Below are positions 47,253 through 58,554 of a DNA stretch of 61,135 nucleotides, in pieces. Below the pieces are notes generated by a model. That model saw only the letters and a program-made list of their open reading frames with translations. It searched no databases and was not told the DNA's origin. Both the position numbers and the translations under genes were made by a program. Origin of the DNA: an uncultured Bacilli bacterium (GTDB lineage Bacteria > Bacillota_I > Bacilli_A > RF39 > UBA660); the NCBI GenBank assembly GCA_944358535.1, contig CALVRH010000004.1, forward strand, positions 1 to 61,135. Reading direction: 5' to 3'. Position 1 is the first letter of the stretch, and each line of letters opens with the position of its first letter.

Positions 47253-48998
47253 TTATTCACTAAGCTTAATATGTAAATCTTCTAATTGTTTTTCTGTAAC
47301 CTCACTAGGCGCATCTGTCATCAAGCAAGATGCACTTGTTGTTTTAGGAAAAGCAATAACATCGCGAATATTTTCCGTACCACACAATATCATAGTTAAT
47401 CGTTCTAATCCTAAAGCAAGTCCTCCGTGTGGTGGACAACCATAATTTAAAGCTTTAAGCAAAAATCCAAACTTAGCTTCAGCTTCTTCTTTAGTAAATC
47501 CAAGCTCATTTAAAACCTTCTCTTGATCATCAGGATTATATATTCTAAGGCTTCCTCCACCAGCTTCATAACCATTTATTACTATATCATAAGCATATGC
47601 TTTCGCATCCTCTTTATCACTTAAATTATCAATATTTTGTGGTAAAGTAAATGGATGATGACAAGAAATATATCTTTCTTCCTCTTCACTATATTCAAAC
47701 ATTGGAAAATCAGTTACCCAAGTTAAAGCATACTTATTTTTATCTATTAAACCTAAATCCCGGGCCATTTTACATCTTAAAGCACCTAGTGATGTCTTAA
47801 CCATTTTTTTCTCACCAGCAATAATTAAAACCAAATCATTTTCCTTTAAATCTAATGTTTTAACTAAACCATATCCAATTTCAGAAGTAACAAACTTTGC
47901 AATACTGCCAGTAAATTCACCATTATATTTAAGAAAAGCTAAAGCCTTAGCTCCATAAGTTTTAACATATTCAGTTAATTTATCAATATCTTTCCTAGAA
48001 TACTTTAAAGCCGCATTAAATACTATAGCATTAATAATTCCACCATTCTCAATAATACTTTTAAATAAACTAAACTCACTTTCCCTAAAAATATCTGAAA
48101 TATCATAAATTGGATTTTCAAACCTTAAATCCGGTTTATCAGAACCATATAAATCTATTGCCTCATCATAAGTCATCCTATCAATAGGTAATTTAATTTC
48201 TACACCTTTAACATCTTTAAAAATATTATAAAGTAATCCTTCAGTAATATTCATAATTTCATCTTGAGATAAAAAACTTGTTTCCATATCAATTTGTGTA
48301 AATTCTGGTTGCCTATCAGCACGTAAATCTTCATCTCTAAAACATCTTGCAATTTGATAATACTTTTCCATACCACTCATCATAAGTATTTGCTTAAAAA
48401 GTTGTGGTGATTGTGGCAAAGCATAAAAACATCCCTTATTAACTCTAGAAGGAACTAAATAATCTCTAGCTCCCTCAGGAGTAGACTTGCACAAAATAGG
48501 TGTTTCAATCTCCATAAAATCTAAAGAATTCAAATAACTTCTCGCACTTTGCATCACTTTATGTTTAGTCATTAAATTATTCTTAAGTTCTTCCCTTCGC
48601 AAATCTAAATAACGATATTTTAATCTAGTATCTTCTAAAGCTGTTGTATTATTTAAATCAAAAGGAAGTTCTATAGACTTATTTAATACCTCTATACTTT
48701 GAACATTAATTTCAATTTCACCTGTTTTTAAATGCGTATTAGCTTCTTTTCTTAAAACAACTTCACCAATAGCTTTAATAACATATTCATTTTTTAAACT
48801 ACTAGCAAGTTCATATACATCACTTTCAGGATTAACCACTAATTGAATAAGACCACTTCTATCTCTTAAATCAATAAAAACAAGGCCTCCTAAATCTCTT
48901 TTTTTATTAACCCAGCCATATAAAGTAACAACTTCACCAACATTTTTCTTACTTATACTAGTATTATCTATCTTCATCATCATCACCCAATTTTTCAT
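47253..48998 (-). CDS. aspS: Aspartate--tRNA ligase
   Basis: Class II aaRS motifs (FRDEDLRADRQPEFTQID, GGGSLRI, GLALGLERL). The true start is probably one of the ATGs at 48977-48983, overlapping the hisS 3' end. Confidence 0.95.
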   Translation of the reverse strand: MKNWVMMMKIDNTSISKKNVGEVVTLYGWVNKKRDLGGLVFIDLRDRSGLIQLVVNPESDVYELASSLKNEYVIKAIGEVVLRKEANTHLKTGEIEINVQSIEVLNKSIELPFDLNNTTALEDTRLKYRYLDLRREELKNNLMTKHKVMQSARSYLNSLDFMEIETPILCKSTPEGARDYLVPSRVNKGCFYALPQSPQLFKQILMMSGMEKYYQIARCFRDEDLRADRQPEFTQIDMETSFLSQDEIMNITEGLLYNIFKDVKGVEIKLPIDRMTYDEAIDLYGSDKPDLRFENPIYDISDIFRESEFSLFKSIIENGGIINAIVFNAALKYSRKDIDKLTEYVKTYGAKALAFLKYNGEFTGSIAKFVTSEIGYGLVKTLDLKENDLVLIIAGEKKMVKTSLGALRCKMARDLGLIDKNKYALTWVTDFPMFEYSEEEERYISCHHPFTLPQNIDNLSDKEDAKAYAYDIVINGYEAGGGSLRIYNPDDQEKVLNELGFTKEEAEAKFGFLLKALNYGCPPHGGLALGLERLTMILCGTENIRDVIAFPKTTSASCLMTDAPSEVTEKQLEDLHIKLSE

Positions 48999-50247
48999 CT
49001 AAAAATTCTATTAATTTATCTAATTTAACCTTATATTCTTCTTTTGTTTCATTATTCTTAACTGTTAAAATTTTACTATTAACTTCTTCTTCACCAACTA
49101 TAATAATGTATTTAGCCATCACTTTATCAGCTTGTTTAAAATTACTTTTAAAATTATGGCCATCATAATCAATCTCTATATTAAATCCAGCCATTCTTAA
49201 ATCATTAGCCAAACTTAAAACATAAGGTTTTTGTTCATCTGATGCACTAAAAATATAAACATCTGGACATACCATCTCTTTAATATCAATACCTTCTGCC
49301 TGTAGTGCTAAAAAGAGTCTCTCAAGCCCAAGCGCAAAACCGACACCAGGAACACTAGGTCCACCAATAAATTCAACTAAATGATCATATCTACCACCAG
49401 CCGCTAAAGTGTTTTGAGAACCAAATCCCTCTATATCAGCTTGAACCTCAAACACTGTATGAGTATAGTAATCTAAACCTCTAACAATATTTGGATTAAC
49501 CTTATAACTAATTCCCATCGTATCCAAATATTCTTTAACCTTTTCAAAATGCTTACGACTTTCATCATTCAAATAATCTGTCATTTTTGGAGCATTTTTC
49601 ATAATCTCATTACTACTATCAACTTTGCAATCTAAAATACGAAGTGGATTCTTCTCGTATCTTCTCCTGCAATCATCACATAAATCATTCAAATACGGTT
49701 TAAAATAATCAAGTAACGCTTTCCTATAATTTTCTCTAGACTCACTATCACCTAAAGTATTAATATTAACACTTACACCTTTTAAACCTAAAATATTAAA
49801 TAAATTAACCACAATACTAATCATATCCGCATCCATCATTGGATCATTAGAGCCAAAAGCTTCTACCCCAAATTGATAAAATTCTCTATGTCTTCCAGCT
49901 TGTGGCCTTTCATATCTAAACATTGGGCCCATATACCATGCTTTTAAAGGTAAATTTTCTGCATATAATTTATTTTCAATAAAACACCTAACAACACCAG
50001 CAGTTCCTTCTGGACGAAGTGTTAAATCTCTATTTCCTCTATCTTTAAAATCATATGTTTCCTTACTTACTATATCAGTTGTCTCACCAACTCCTCTATG
50101 AAAAAGCTCACTCGCTTCAAAAATTGGAGTTTCAATATATTTCGCATTATATTTATCCATCAAAGCTTCCACTAACTTCCTAAAATAAAGTTGCGTCAAA
50201 GCTCTATCACCATATATATCATAAGTCCCTTTAGGTTTTTGTAACAT
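48964..50247 (-). CDS. hisS: Histidine--tRNA ligase
   Basis: MLQKPKGTYD start, LRPEGTAGVVR, YYMGPMFRYERPQAGRHREFYQFG-type blocks, and GGGRYD-like AAGGRYD. Confidence 0.95.
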   Translation of the reverse strand: MLQKPKGTYDIYGDRALTQLYFRKLVEALMDKYNAKYIETPIFEASELFHRGVGETTDIVSKETYDFKDRGNRDLTLRPEGTAGVVRCFIENKLYAENLPLKAWYMGPMFRYERPQAGRHREFYQFGVEAFGSNDPMMDADMISIVVNLFNILGLKGVSVNINTLGDSESRENYRKALLDYFKPYLNDLCDDCRRRYEKNPLRILDCKVDSSNEIMKNAPKMTDYLNDESRKHFEKVKEYLDTMGISYKVNPNIVRGLDYYTHTVFEVQADIEGFGSQNTLAAGGRYDHLVEFIGGPSVPGVGFALGLERLFLALQAEGIDIKEMVCPDVYIFSASDEQKPYVLSLANDLRMAGFNIEIDYDGHNFKSNFKQADKVMAKYIIIVGEEEVNSKILTVKNNETKEEYKVKLDKLIEFLDEKLGDDDEDR

Positions 50248-50274
50248 AATAAAAACATCCTTTCACTATTTAAA

Positions 50275-50303
50275 ATTATATTGGTTTTTCATATAAAAGT
50301 CAA
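50275..50303 (-). promoter_or_regulatory. hisS promoter (TTGACT-17-TATAAT)
   Basis: Near-consensus hexamers read on the minus strand, with the -10 element 27 nt upstream of the start codon. Confidence 0.6.
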
Positions 50304-50507
50304 TGAAATACCCAATATTAAAAGCACTTGTAATTAATTTACAAGCACTTAATATCATATATAACTTATTGGTACATAATAATTATTTTCATTATAATCA
50401 ATATTATTATCCTTATGACTTTCAAGTCCACTTTAATTTTTTATATAATATATCATTTTCGTATTTTTTGAAAACGACTAAATATAAATTTAAAGTACCA
50501 TTTTTTC

Positions 50508-50876
50508 TTAAAACATCCCAAATGCATCAGCAATCAAATTTACAATTTGTAGATTAATTAAAATCGTTGAAAGAACAGAAAATATAGCAAAAGAAATTTT
50601 AACAACTAAATCACGCTTAGAATCTAAAATACCTGCAAAATAAAATAAATTAGTTATATAAATAGCAATATTATTGGTCCAAACAATTGTCATAAACCAT
50701 CCACTATTTATAACACTTCTTATAGCTGTAGTATTATAAATTATCTCATCATTATATACCATTCCAGTATAAGCTAAAAAATCAATAATTAAACTAATAA
50801 CCGTTAAAATAACTAAAATAATTGTCACATTTCTCTCGTAATTTTTTACTTCTTTCTTTAACCCCTCTTTTTTCAT
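50508..50876 (-). CDS. Small membrane protein (122 aa, about 4 TM), function unknown
   Basis: ORF track and hydrophobicity pattern. GGAGGG RBS-like sequence upstream. Confidence 0.5.
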   Translation of the reverse strand: MKKEGLKKEVKNYERNVTIILVILTVISLIIDFLAYTGMVYNDEIIYNTTAIRSVINSGWFMTIVWTNNIAIYITNLFYFAGILDSKRDLVVKISFAIFSVLSTILINLQIVNLIADAFGMF

Positions 50877-50945
50877 TTAAAACCCTCCTATTATTAGGAT
50901 ACAACATTAATAATTAAATAACAAGCAATACTTTTCAAAAGTTGT

Positions 50946-50971
50946 AAATAAAAAGCCAGAGAATAAATCTC
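50946..50971 (-). terminator. Distal remnant of the tuf intrinsic terminator (loop, 3' arm and U-tail), separated from its 5' arm (52470-52478) by the IS
   Basis: Joining the flanks with one TSD copy removed gives AGTCAGAGA-TTTAT-TCTCTGGCT-TTTTATTT on the minus strand. Confidence 0.7.
50964..50971. repeat. Target-site duplication TAAATCTC (left)
   Basis: Identical 8-mer directly abutting both IS ends. Confidence 0.9.
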
Positions 50972-52465
50972 GGTTCTATAATAAATAGTGTTGGTGAGTA
51001 AAATTTCACCGACACTGTTTTTATATAAAAAACGAGTCACTAACCAGAAACTCATGATAAAATATTAATTGGATAAATATCGAAAGGATCTGATTAAATG
51101 ACTCATACTGATTATATCAAATTAATGTTAAATATTAAAGATGATAATGTTTATTTTTATGAAAACTGTTTAGAAATTGTTAATATTAATGGTAAAAATA
51201 CTAAAGTTTTTAATGCTTTTCTTACTTATATTCCAAAATGTTGTCCTAAATGTGGATGTATTAATGAAGGACATGATGACATTATTAATTGGGGTTTCAA
51301 AAGAAATTGTCATATTAAATTAACTAAAGTTTGTGGTTATGATACTATTCTTAGTCTTGATAAACAAAGATTTAAATGTAAGCATTGTAATAGAACTTTT
51401 ATTGCTTCTACTTCTATTGTTGATTTCCATAAACAAATATCTAATGATACTAATTTAAATATTAAATTAGAATTAATGCAGAAAGGTACTGAAAAGGATA
51501 TTGCTAGAAGAAACAACGTTTCTACTAATCATGTTAATAGAGTTTTAGATAGTATTTCAGAAGATAAACTTGTTAAAAATAATGGCTTTTTACCTGAAGT
51601 TTTAGGTATAGATGAGTTCAAAGCCACCAAAGATACTAAATCTAAAATGGCTCTTATTATTGTAGACCAAGTACGTGCCAATATATTTGATATTAATAAT
51701 TCTAGATTATCTAAAGATATTGAATCTTACTTTAATATGTATCCAAAAAAAGAAAGAGACAAAGTTAAATTTATTACTATTGATTTATACAAACCATATT
51801 ATAAATTACTTAAAAGAATATTTAAAAATGCTATTTTAATTCCTGATAGATTTCATATTGACCTGCAAGTTAGAGATGCTTTAGATAATACTAGAAAAAA
51901 ACTATGTATTAAATCTAATCCTAATTATAGAAAACTTAAAAAATACTGGAAATTAATACTTAAAAATGAAGATGAATTATCTGAAAAAAAACAATATTCC
52001 AAATGTTTTAAAAAAGAAGTTTCACAAATTGATATTGTAACTTATTTGATTAATACAGATGAAGAATTTTATAATACTTATCAAGTTTATCAAGGTATTA
52101 TAAAAGCTATTGATACTAGAGATAAAGACAAGTTTTTAAACATTATTCATCACCACGACAAAAACATTTCTAAATACATGAAAAAAGCCTTAAAAACTTT
52201 TAGAAATATGGAAAAATATATTGTCAACGCTTTTGACTATGAATATTCAAATGGAAGAACTGAAGGCATGAATAACCTTATCAAGCAAATTAAACACACT
52301 GCTTGTGGTTATAGAAAATTTAAACATTTAAAAGCTAGAGTTATGCTTATTAAAGGTTTACTTAATCCAATTAAAGCATATTAAAAGAAGACCAATTTTT
52401 GGTCCTCTTAACAAGTTCATTTATCATTAGTTTTTTGTTCCACCAACACTACTTGACATTGAACC
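50972..52465 (+). mobile_element. ISL3-family insertion sequence, 1494 bp, apparently intact
   Basis: Terminal inverted repeats GGTTCtATaataaaTAGTGTTGGTG / GGTTCaATgtcaagTAGTGTTGGTG (20/25 match), a single transposase ORF, and an 8-bp TSD. Confidence 0.88.
51098..52384 (+). CDS. ISL3-family transposase
   Basis: 428 aa. N-terminal zinc-finger Cys pairs (CPKCG...CKHC), HTH, a DDE region with GIDEF...ITIDLYKPY, and a C-terminal SNGRTEGMNNLIK motif. Confidence 0.9.
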   Translation: MTHTDYIKLMLNIKDDNVYFYENCLEIVNINGKNTKVFNAFLTYIPKCCPKCGCINEGHDDIINWGFKRNCHIKLTKVCGYDTILSLDKQRFKCKHCNRTFIASTSIVDFHKQISNDTNLNIKLELMQKGTEKDIARRNNVSTNHVNRVLDSISEDKLVKNNGFLPEVLGIDEFKATKDTKSKMALIIVDQVRANIFDINNSRLSKDIESYFNMYPKKERDKVKFITIDLYKPYYKLLKRIFKNAILIPDRFHIDLQVRDALDNTRKKLCIKSNPNYRKLKKYWKLILKNEDELSEKKQYSKCFKKEVSQIDIVTYLINTDEEFYNTYQVYQGIIKAIDTRDKDKFLNIIHHHDKNISKYMKKALKTFRNMEKYIVNAFDYEYSNGRTEGMNNLIKQIKHTACGYRKFKHLKARVMLIKGLLNPIKAY

Positions 52466-52473
52466 TAAATCTC
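52466..52473. repeat. Target-site duplication TAAATCTC (right)
   Basis: Identical to 50964-50971. Confidence 0.9.
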
Positions 52474-52491
52474 TGACTAAATTAAACAATA

Positions 52492-53682
52492 TTATTCGAT
52501 AACTTCTGAAACGTTACCAGCACCAACTGTTCTACCACCCTCACGGATAGAGAATTTAGTACCATTTTCAATAGCGATTGGTGCGATTAATTCTACTGTC
52601 ATTTCAACATTGTCACCAGGCATTACCATTTCAACACCTTCAGGAAGTTCAATAACACCAGTTACATCAGTTGTACGGAAGTAGAATTGTGGACGATAGT
52701 TACTGAAGAATGGAGTATGTCTTCCACCTTCTTCTTTACTAAGTACATAAACTTGAGCTTTAAACTTAGTATGTGGAGTAACTGATCCTGGTTTAGCAAT
52801 AACTTGTCCTCTTTCAACTTCATCACGTGAAACACCACGAAGTAATAAACCTGTGTTATCTCCTGCTTCAGTAAAGTCAAGTTGTTTTCTGAACATTTCA
52901 ATACCAGTAACAACTGTTTTCTTAGTAGGTTTTAAACCAACAATTTCAACTTCTTCATTTAATTTTAATTCACCACGTTCAACACGTCCAGTAACAACTG
53001 TACCACGACCTGTAATAGTGAATACATCTTCAATTGGCATTAAGAATGGTTTTTCATTATCACGAGCTGGAGTTTCAATCCATGAATCAACAGCATCCAT
53101 TAATTCACCAATTTTAGCTTCGTAATTAGCGTCTCCTTCAAGAGCTTTTAAAGCAGAACCTCTGATGATTGGAGTATTGTCACCATCATAACCATATTCA
53201 GTTAATAATTCGCGAACTTCCATTTCAACTAGGTCTAATAATTCTTCATCATCTACCATATCACATTTGTTTAAGAATACAACCATACGAGGTACTCCAA
53301 CTTGACGTGAAAGTAAGATGTGTTCACGAGTTTGTGCCATAGGTCCATCTGTAGCAGCAATAACTAAGATAGCACCATCCATTTGCGCAGCACCAGTAAT
53401 CATGTTTTTAACATAGTCAGCATGGCCTGGGCAGTCAACGTGTGCATAGTGTCTATTAGCTGTCTCATATTCGATATGAGCAGTATTAATAGTAATACCA
53501 CGTTCTCTTTCTTCTGGGGCTTTATCGATATCAGCATAAGCTTCGAATTTAGCCCATTTTGGATTTTGATCTGATAAATATTTTGTAATAGCCGCAGTTA
53601 ATGTTGTTTTACCATGGTCAACGTGTCCAATAGTACCAATATTAACATGTGGTTTTGAACGGTCAAATTTTTCTTTTGCCAT
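52492..53682 (-). CDS. tuf: Elongation factor Tu
   Basis: [27 protein letters not shown]. The start was trimmed to the ATG at 53682, behind the GGAGG RBS (the track adds 11 spurious residues). Confidence 0.98.
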   Translation of the reverse strand: MAKEKFDRSKPHVNIGTIGHVDHGKTTLTAAITKYLSDQNPKWAKFEAYADIDKAPEERERGITINTAHIEYETANRHYAHVDCPGHADYVKNMITGAAQMDGAILVIAATDGPMAQTREHILLSRQVGVPRMVVFLNKCDMVDDEELLDLVEMEVRELLTEYGYDGDNTPIIRGSALKALEGDANYEAKIGELMDAVDSWIETPARDNEKPFLMPIEDVFTITGRGTVVTGRVERGELKLNEEVEIVGLKPTKKTVVTGIEMFRKQLDFTEAGDNTGLLLRGVSRDEVERGQVIAKPGSVTPHTKFKAQVYVLSKEEGGRHTPFFSNYRPQFYFRTTDVTGVIELPEGVEMVMPGDNVEMTVELIAPIAIENGTKFSIREGGRTVGAGNVSEVIE

Positions 53683-53752
53683 TATTATTCCTCCTTTTTC
53701 TTTTTCAATAAACATTTTAACATGACTAAACTAAAATTTCAACTGTTTTAAT

Positions 53753-55825
53753 TTAGTTTCCGCCATTTTTTTTGATAATATCTTCAGCGATATTTTTAGG
53801 TACTTCTTCGTAGTGATCAAACTTCATTGAGAAGTTACCTCTACCTTGAGTATTAGAACGTAAACTTGTTACATATCCAAACATCTCAGAAAGCGGTACC
53901 ATAGCATCTATACTTAGTGCATTACCACGTGATCTTTGACCCATAGGTCTTCCTCTTCTCGCAGTAATATCACCCATAACTGTTCCTAAAAATTCATCAG
54001 GTACAGTTACTTCAACGCTCATAATAGGTTCCAAAATAACTGGATCACAATTCTTCTTAGCTTCTTTTAAAGCTAGTGAAGCAGCAACCTTGAATGCCAT
54101 TTCAGATGAATCAACATCGTGATATGAACCGTCGTGTAAAGTAGCTTTTACATCGATTACTGGATATCCAGCTAAAATACCAGATTCCATAGCCTCTTGT
54201 AAGCCTTTATCTACTACTGGAATGTATTCTCTTGGAACAACACCACCAACAATAGCATCAACAAATTCATATCCTTTACCAGGATTAGGTTCAAATTCAA
54301 CCCAAACGTGTCCATATTGTCCACGTCCACCTGATTGTTTGATATATTTTCCTTCACAGTCACCTTTTTTCTTAATAGTTTCCCTATAAGCAACTTGTGG
54401 GTTACCAACATTAGCTTCAACGCCAAATTCTCTTTTCATTCTATCAATAATGATGTCTAGATGTAACTCACCAACACCAGCAATAATAGTTTGACCAGTT
54501 TCATGATCTGTTGTAGCTCTAAATGTTGGATCTTCTTCAGATAATTTTTGTAAAGCTAAAGCCATCTTATCTTGGTCATCTTTAGATTTTGGTTCAACAG
54601 CAAGCTCGATAACTGGTTCAGGGAATTCCATAGGAGCTAATATACAAGCATGTTTTTCATCACATAAAGTATCACCAGTAGTTGTAGATTTTAATCCAAC
54701 AACAGCTGCAATATCTCCAGTATAAACATCTGTAATTTCTTGCCTATGATTAGCATGCATTTGTAAGATACGACCTATTCTTTCTTTTTTATCTTTATTA
54801 GAGTTAAGTACATATGAGCCATTAGATAAATGACCAGAATAAACTCTGATAAAAGTTAAACGTCCAACAAATGGATCAGTCATAACTTTAAACGCTAAAG
54901 CTGAAAATGGTTCTTTATCATCAGGATGTCTTTTAATTTCATTACCATTCATATCAACACCTTCAATAGCTTCAACATCTGTAGGTGCTGGTAAATAATC
55001 AACAACAGCATCAAGTAATAATTTGATACCTTTGTTTCCAAGTGCAGTACCGCACATAACCGGGAAGAATTTAACAGCTAAAGTTCCCTTTCTAATAGCC
55101 GCTTTAATTTCATCTACTGAAACTTCTTCTCCCTCTAAATATTTGTTCATTAAATCATCATCGAATTCTGCAACTGCTTCAATTAAGTCATTACGTTTTT
55201 CTTCAACTATATCTACTAAATCTGCTGGAATATCAATGATTTCTGGATTTTCTTCAGGTTTTCCATCGTATTTATAAGCTGTTCTAGTTACTAAATCAAC
55301 AACACCAGTAAAGTCGCTCTCAGCTCCAATTGGCCATTCAATTGGTTTAGCATTAACACCTAAACGCTCATCAATACTCTTTAAACTAAATTCAAAATCT
55401 GCTCCCATTTTATCCATTTTATTGGCAAAAATCATTCTAGGAACATTGTATTCAGTTGCTTGTCTCCAAACTGTTTCAGTTTGTGGTTCAACACCAGCTT
55501 GCGCATCGATTAAAGCAACCGCACCATCTAATACACGTAAACTTCTTTGAACTTCAACAGTAAAGTCAACGTGACCTGGTGTATCAATAATATTTAATCT
55601 ATAACCCTTCCAATATGCAGTTGTTGCTGCAGAAGTAATAGTAATACCACGTTCTTGTTCTTGTTCCATCCAGTCCATTTGAGATTCACCATCGTGAGTT
55701 TCGCCGATTTTATGAATCTTGTGAGTATGGAATAAAATTCTTTCAGTGCATGTAGTTTTACCTGCATCAATGTGGGCCATGATACCAATATTACGAGTTT
55801 TATCTAAACTATATTCACGAGCCAT
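53753..55825 (-). CDS. fusA: Elongation factor G
   Basis: [14 protein letters not shown] and DTPGHVDF. 690 aa, in the str operon position. Confidence 0.98.
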   Translation of the reverse strand: MAREYSLDKTRNIGIMAHIDAGKTTCTERILFHTHKIHKIGETHDGESQMDWMEQEQERGITITSAATTAYWKGYRLNIIDTPGHVDFTVEVQRSLRVLDGAVALIDAQAGVEPQTETVWRQATEYNVPRMIFANKMDKMGADFEFSLKSIDERLGVNAKPIEWPIGAESDFTGVVDLVTRTAYKYDGKPEENPEIIDIPADLVDIVEEKRNDLIEAVAEFDDDLMNKYLEGEEVSVDEIKAAIRKGTLAVKFFPVMCGTALGNKGIKLLLDAVVDYLPAPTDVEAIEGVDMNGNEIKRHPDDKEPFSALAFKVMTDPFVGRLTFIRVYSGHLSNGSYVLNSNKDKKERIGRILQMHANHRQEITDVYTGDIAAVVGLKSTTTGDTLCDEKHACILAPMEFPEPVIELAVEPKSKDDQDKMALALQKLSEEDPTFRATTDHETGQTIIAGVGELHLDIIIDRMKREFGVEANVGNPQVAYRETIKKKGDCEGKYIKQSGGRGQYGHVWVEFEPNPGKGYEFVDAIVGGVVPREYIPVVDKGLQEAMESGILAGYPVIDVKATLHDGSYHDVDSSEMAFKVAASLALKEAKKNCDPVILEPIMSVEVTVPDEFLGTVMGDITARRGRPMGQRSRGNALSIDAMVPLSEMFGYVTSLRSNTQGRGNFSMKFDHYEEVPKNIAEDIIKKNGGN

Positions 55826-55846
55826 ATTTTATTTCCTTTCTTAAAA

Positions 55847-56314
55847 TTACCATCTATAATGAGCAAATGCTTTATTAGCTTCTGCCATTCTGTGAGTTTC
55901 CTCACGTTTTTTAACCGCAGCTCCAACACCGTTAGAAGCATCGATTATTTCATTAGCTAAATTTTCAGCCATAGAATGTCCGCCTCTTAAACGAGCATAT
56001 TGAACAAGCCAACGTAGTCCTAAAGCTTGAGCTCTATCAGGACGTACTTCAATAGGTACTGGATAGTTAGCTCCACCTACACGTCTTGTTTTAACCTCTA
56101 AAGCTGGTTTGATATTTTCTAAAGCTTTGTTAAATACTTCAGTTGGCTCTTCGCCAGTTTTTTCTTTAACCATATCAAACGCATCATAAAGAATTGTTTG
56201 TGCAGTTCCTTTTTTACCATCTAACATCATTGTATTAATTAACTTAGTAACAACTTTAGATTTGTAAATTGGATCTGGTAAAACATCTCTTTTTTCAGCT
56301 CTTCTTTTACGCAT
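55847..56314 (-). CDS. rpsG: 30S ribosomal protein S7
   Basis: 155 aa with conserved S7 sequence, in the str operon position. Confidence 0.98.
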   Translation of the reverse strand: MRKRRAEKRDVLPDPIYKSKVVTKLINTMMLDGKKGTAQTILYDAFDMVKEKTGEEPTEVFNKALENIKPALEVKTRRVGGANYPVPIEVRPDRAQALGLRWLVQYARLRGGHSMAENLANEIIDASNGVGAAVKKREETHRMAEANKAFAHYRW

Positions 56315-56345
56315 AATAATCCTCCTTCCAAATTTATTTTAAAAA

Positions 56346-56765
56346 TTATTTATTTCCTTTTGGTTTTTTAGCACCGTATTTAGAACGGCCTTGTCTTCTT
56401 GCGTCAACTCCAGCAGTATCCATAGTACCACGAATAATGTGATAACGAACACCGATTAAGTCTTTAACACGTCCACCACGAACAAGTACAACACTGTGTT
56501 CTTGTAAGTTGTGTCCTTCTCCTGGAATATAAGTATCTACTTCTCTTCCATTTGAAAGTCTAACACGCGCATATTTTCTTAAAGCTGAGTTCGGTTTCTT
56601 TGGTGTTTTAGTTCCAACACGAGTACATACACCACGTTTTTGTGGAGAATTACTTATTGTCTCTTTTTTATCTTTACTGTTGTATCCAATATTTAAAACT
56701 GGTGATTTACTTTTTCTAATTTTAGAACCTCTTTTTTTTCTAACAAGTTGATTAATAGTTGGCAT
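56346..56765 (-). CDS. rpsL: 30S ribosomal protein S12
   Basis: [10 protein letters not shown] start and [10 protein letters not shown] block. Confidence 0.98.
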   Translation of the reverse strand: MPTINQLVRKKRGSKIRKSKSPVLNIGYNSKDKKETISNSPQKRGVCTRVGTKTPKKPNSALRKYARVRLSNGREVDTYIPGEGHNLQEHSVVLVRGGRVKDLIGVRYHIIRGTMDTAGVDARRQGRSKYGAKKPKGNK

Positions 56766-56862
56766 AATTTAACCTCCTCTCATTACACATACCCAGGTGT
56801 TTCATTTTTCTTCTTAATTAAAGATTTACCCAAAGGTAAACCTAAAATTAAAATGCATAAAT

Positions 56863-56891
56863 AATATACCATTTCATTATATGTTTGTCAA
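56863..56891 (-). promoter_or_regulatory. str operon promoter (TTGACA-17-TATATT)
   Basis: Read on the minus strand. An ~95-nt leader with a TTTACC-TTTG-GGTAAA hairpin follows. Confidence 0.55.
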
Positions 56892-56918
56892 TAATTTTAT
56901 TTCTTTTTTAATCAAAAA

Positions 56919-57257
56919 TTAATAGCCATTTAAATCTATTGGATTACTCATAATTTTGATAATCAAATCCATATTATCATCTTTAGCCATCTTATTTCTT
57001 TTAATAGTCCCACATTTTTTACAAACATAAACTATTTTATATCCACCTTTTTTTCCTTTTTCAATCGCCACAGGTTCCAATATTCCATGGCATTCACATT
57101 CCCTATCTCCCGGATTAATATCAACATGTTTAGAACACAAACATTTTGGACAGTGGTCTCTTGCCGTATATCCAAGCGGACTAACGTTTTCCCCACAAAC
57201 ATCGCATATAAAATTTTCATCTATCATAGTAAACCTTGCTTTTTCTTCGTTCATCAA
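56919..57257 (-). CDS. RNHCP-domain zinc-ribbon protein
   Basis: ARDHCPKCLCSKH motif plus CDVCG and CKKCG Cys pairs. 112 aa. Confidence 0.7.
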   Translation of the reverse strand: MMNEEKARFTMIDENFICDVCGENVSPLGYTARDHCPKCLCSKHVDINPGDRECECHGILEPVAIEKGKKGGYKIVYVCKKCGTIKRNKMAKDDNMDLIIKIMSNPIDLNGY

Positions 57258-57494
57258 TATACTAACTCCCTTTATTTATAGGATATTTTACCATAAATAC
57301 AGTCATAATTCAATTTCTAACTTTTTCAAAAAGCTAAAAAACATGTGCCACAGCACACTGTTCTTAATAAATAATTTCAATAGTCTTTTTACTATCACAC
57401 TATTAATAACTACACATATTTTATCTTTTGGCAAAACCTTGCCTTATATTCTTATATTAATATAATGTATAATACAATTATTTAAAAGTGCCCT

Positions 57495-58451
57495 CTATTC
57501 TATTGTGTAAGGATCTAATTCAGTACCACTACCTTTTAAGGTAATATTTGGTGAAAGATAGACAACAGGATGAACATTTGCTGTCATACTATATGTTCCC
57601 CAATAATCAGGTGAAAAAGATCCATCACTTTGAAGAAAAAATGAAGACTTATTACTCTCACTAGCTACCATTCTCGATAATGTCCATATAGCACTATTAT
57701 TAAATATCCAATTTGTAGCTCTACATGTACTATAATTATCTTCATTTAGAGAAAAACTATTACACTTCGCTTGATTACTACTTGCCCGCAAATATTCTGA
57801 AACTGTAGGTAATGCTACTTTTCCATACCATTTGACATTATTTTCACCATTTATCTGAGTAGACAAAACTTTACTATTATATGAAACTGCCCCTATGCTA
57901 AAATTATGCGCAACTATTTGACTTTTAGCCTGTTCAGTCAAATCATTATAGTAAGTTTTATTTAAATATGTATTTAATACTGCTGGACGCGCCCAATCAT
58001 TAGACGCTGTATCATAAGAATTTGTATCCCAATACCTTTCTCCAATACTTACAGTCCTCATTATTTTTATTGTTTTATCTTTTTCAACAGACATAATACG
58101 CCAACCAGCAAATTCATTATTAAATGTTATATAATTATTTGGATTTCTTCCTTTATAAAAATATCTGCCTTTTTCATATTTATCCTCATACAAACCAACT
58201 CCAGTAGTTACAATTGGTTCTTTTTCAAGTATTTCATCGCCCCCTTCTATTGGTGTTTTACACACATTATATAATTCATCTATTGCTCCTTGAACATCTG
58301 TACTTGAAAGCCCGCTTTCTTTATTATCATATGTCACACCTTCACTTGGAAAATATGTTACTGCATACACACTTATACCGCTAAAAAGTAATCCGCCTAA
58401 TATAAAAATAAATATTCTATTTTTCAATACTTTCTTTACTTTTTCTTTCAT
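57495..58451 (-). CDS. Membrane-anchored extracellular protein of unknown function
   Basis: N-terminal TM anchor, a VQGAIDELY motif after the anchor, and an aromatic-rich extracellular domain. Confidence 0.5.
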   Translation of the reverse strand: MKEKVKKVLKNRIFIFILGGLLFSGISVYAVTYFPSEGVTYDNKESGLSSTDVQGAIDELYNVCKTPIEGGDEILEKEPIVTTGVGLYEDKYEKGRYFYKGRNPNNYITFNNEFAGWRIMSVEKDKTIKIMRTVSIGERYWDTNSYDTASNDWARPAVLNTYLNKTYYNDLTEQAKSQIVAHNFSIGAVSYNSKVLSTQINGENNVKWYGKVALPTVSEYLRASSNQAKCNSFSLNEDNYSTCRATNWIFNNSAIWTLSRMVASESNKSSFFLQSDGSFSPDYWGTYSMTANVHPVVYLSPNITLKGSGTELDPYTIE

Positions 58452-58513
58452 CTCTTATTCTCCTCTATCTTAACCTTACATAACTAATTATATATTTTAT
58501 CTAAAAAAAACAC

Positions 58514-58531
58514 TTAACCCTATATGGTTAA
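58514..58531. promoter_or_regulatory. Palindromic operator candidate TTAACC-N6-GGTTAA (site 1)
   Basis: Read directly. It lies between the XRE gene and the downstream 318-aa gene. Confidence 0.5.
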
Positions 58532-58554
58532 ATTATAGTGAGCATGTCAATTAT

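Noticed and set aside
50248-50507. T-box riboswitch upstream of hisS
   Set aside because: No T-box sequence or specifier features were seen. The hairpin at 50322-50350 has only 7 contiguous AT-rich pairs and lies upstream of a near-consensus promoter. It is more likely the terminator of the preceding small membrane protein gene.
50303-50557. 84-aa plus-strand ORF in the hisS upstream spacer
   Set aside because: It has no RBS, a Tyr/Asn/Phe-rich low-complexity translation, and overlaps the minus-strand promoter, terminator and the end of the 50508-50876 gene.
53683-53715. N-terminal extension of EF-Tu ([11 protein letters not shown]) in the ORF track
   Set aside because: The canonical MAKEKF start at 53682 is preceded by GGAGG at the proper distance, and the extension contains that RBS.
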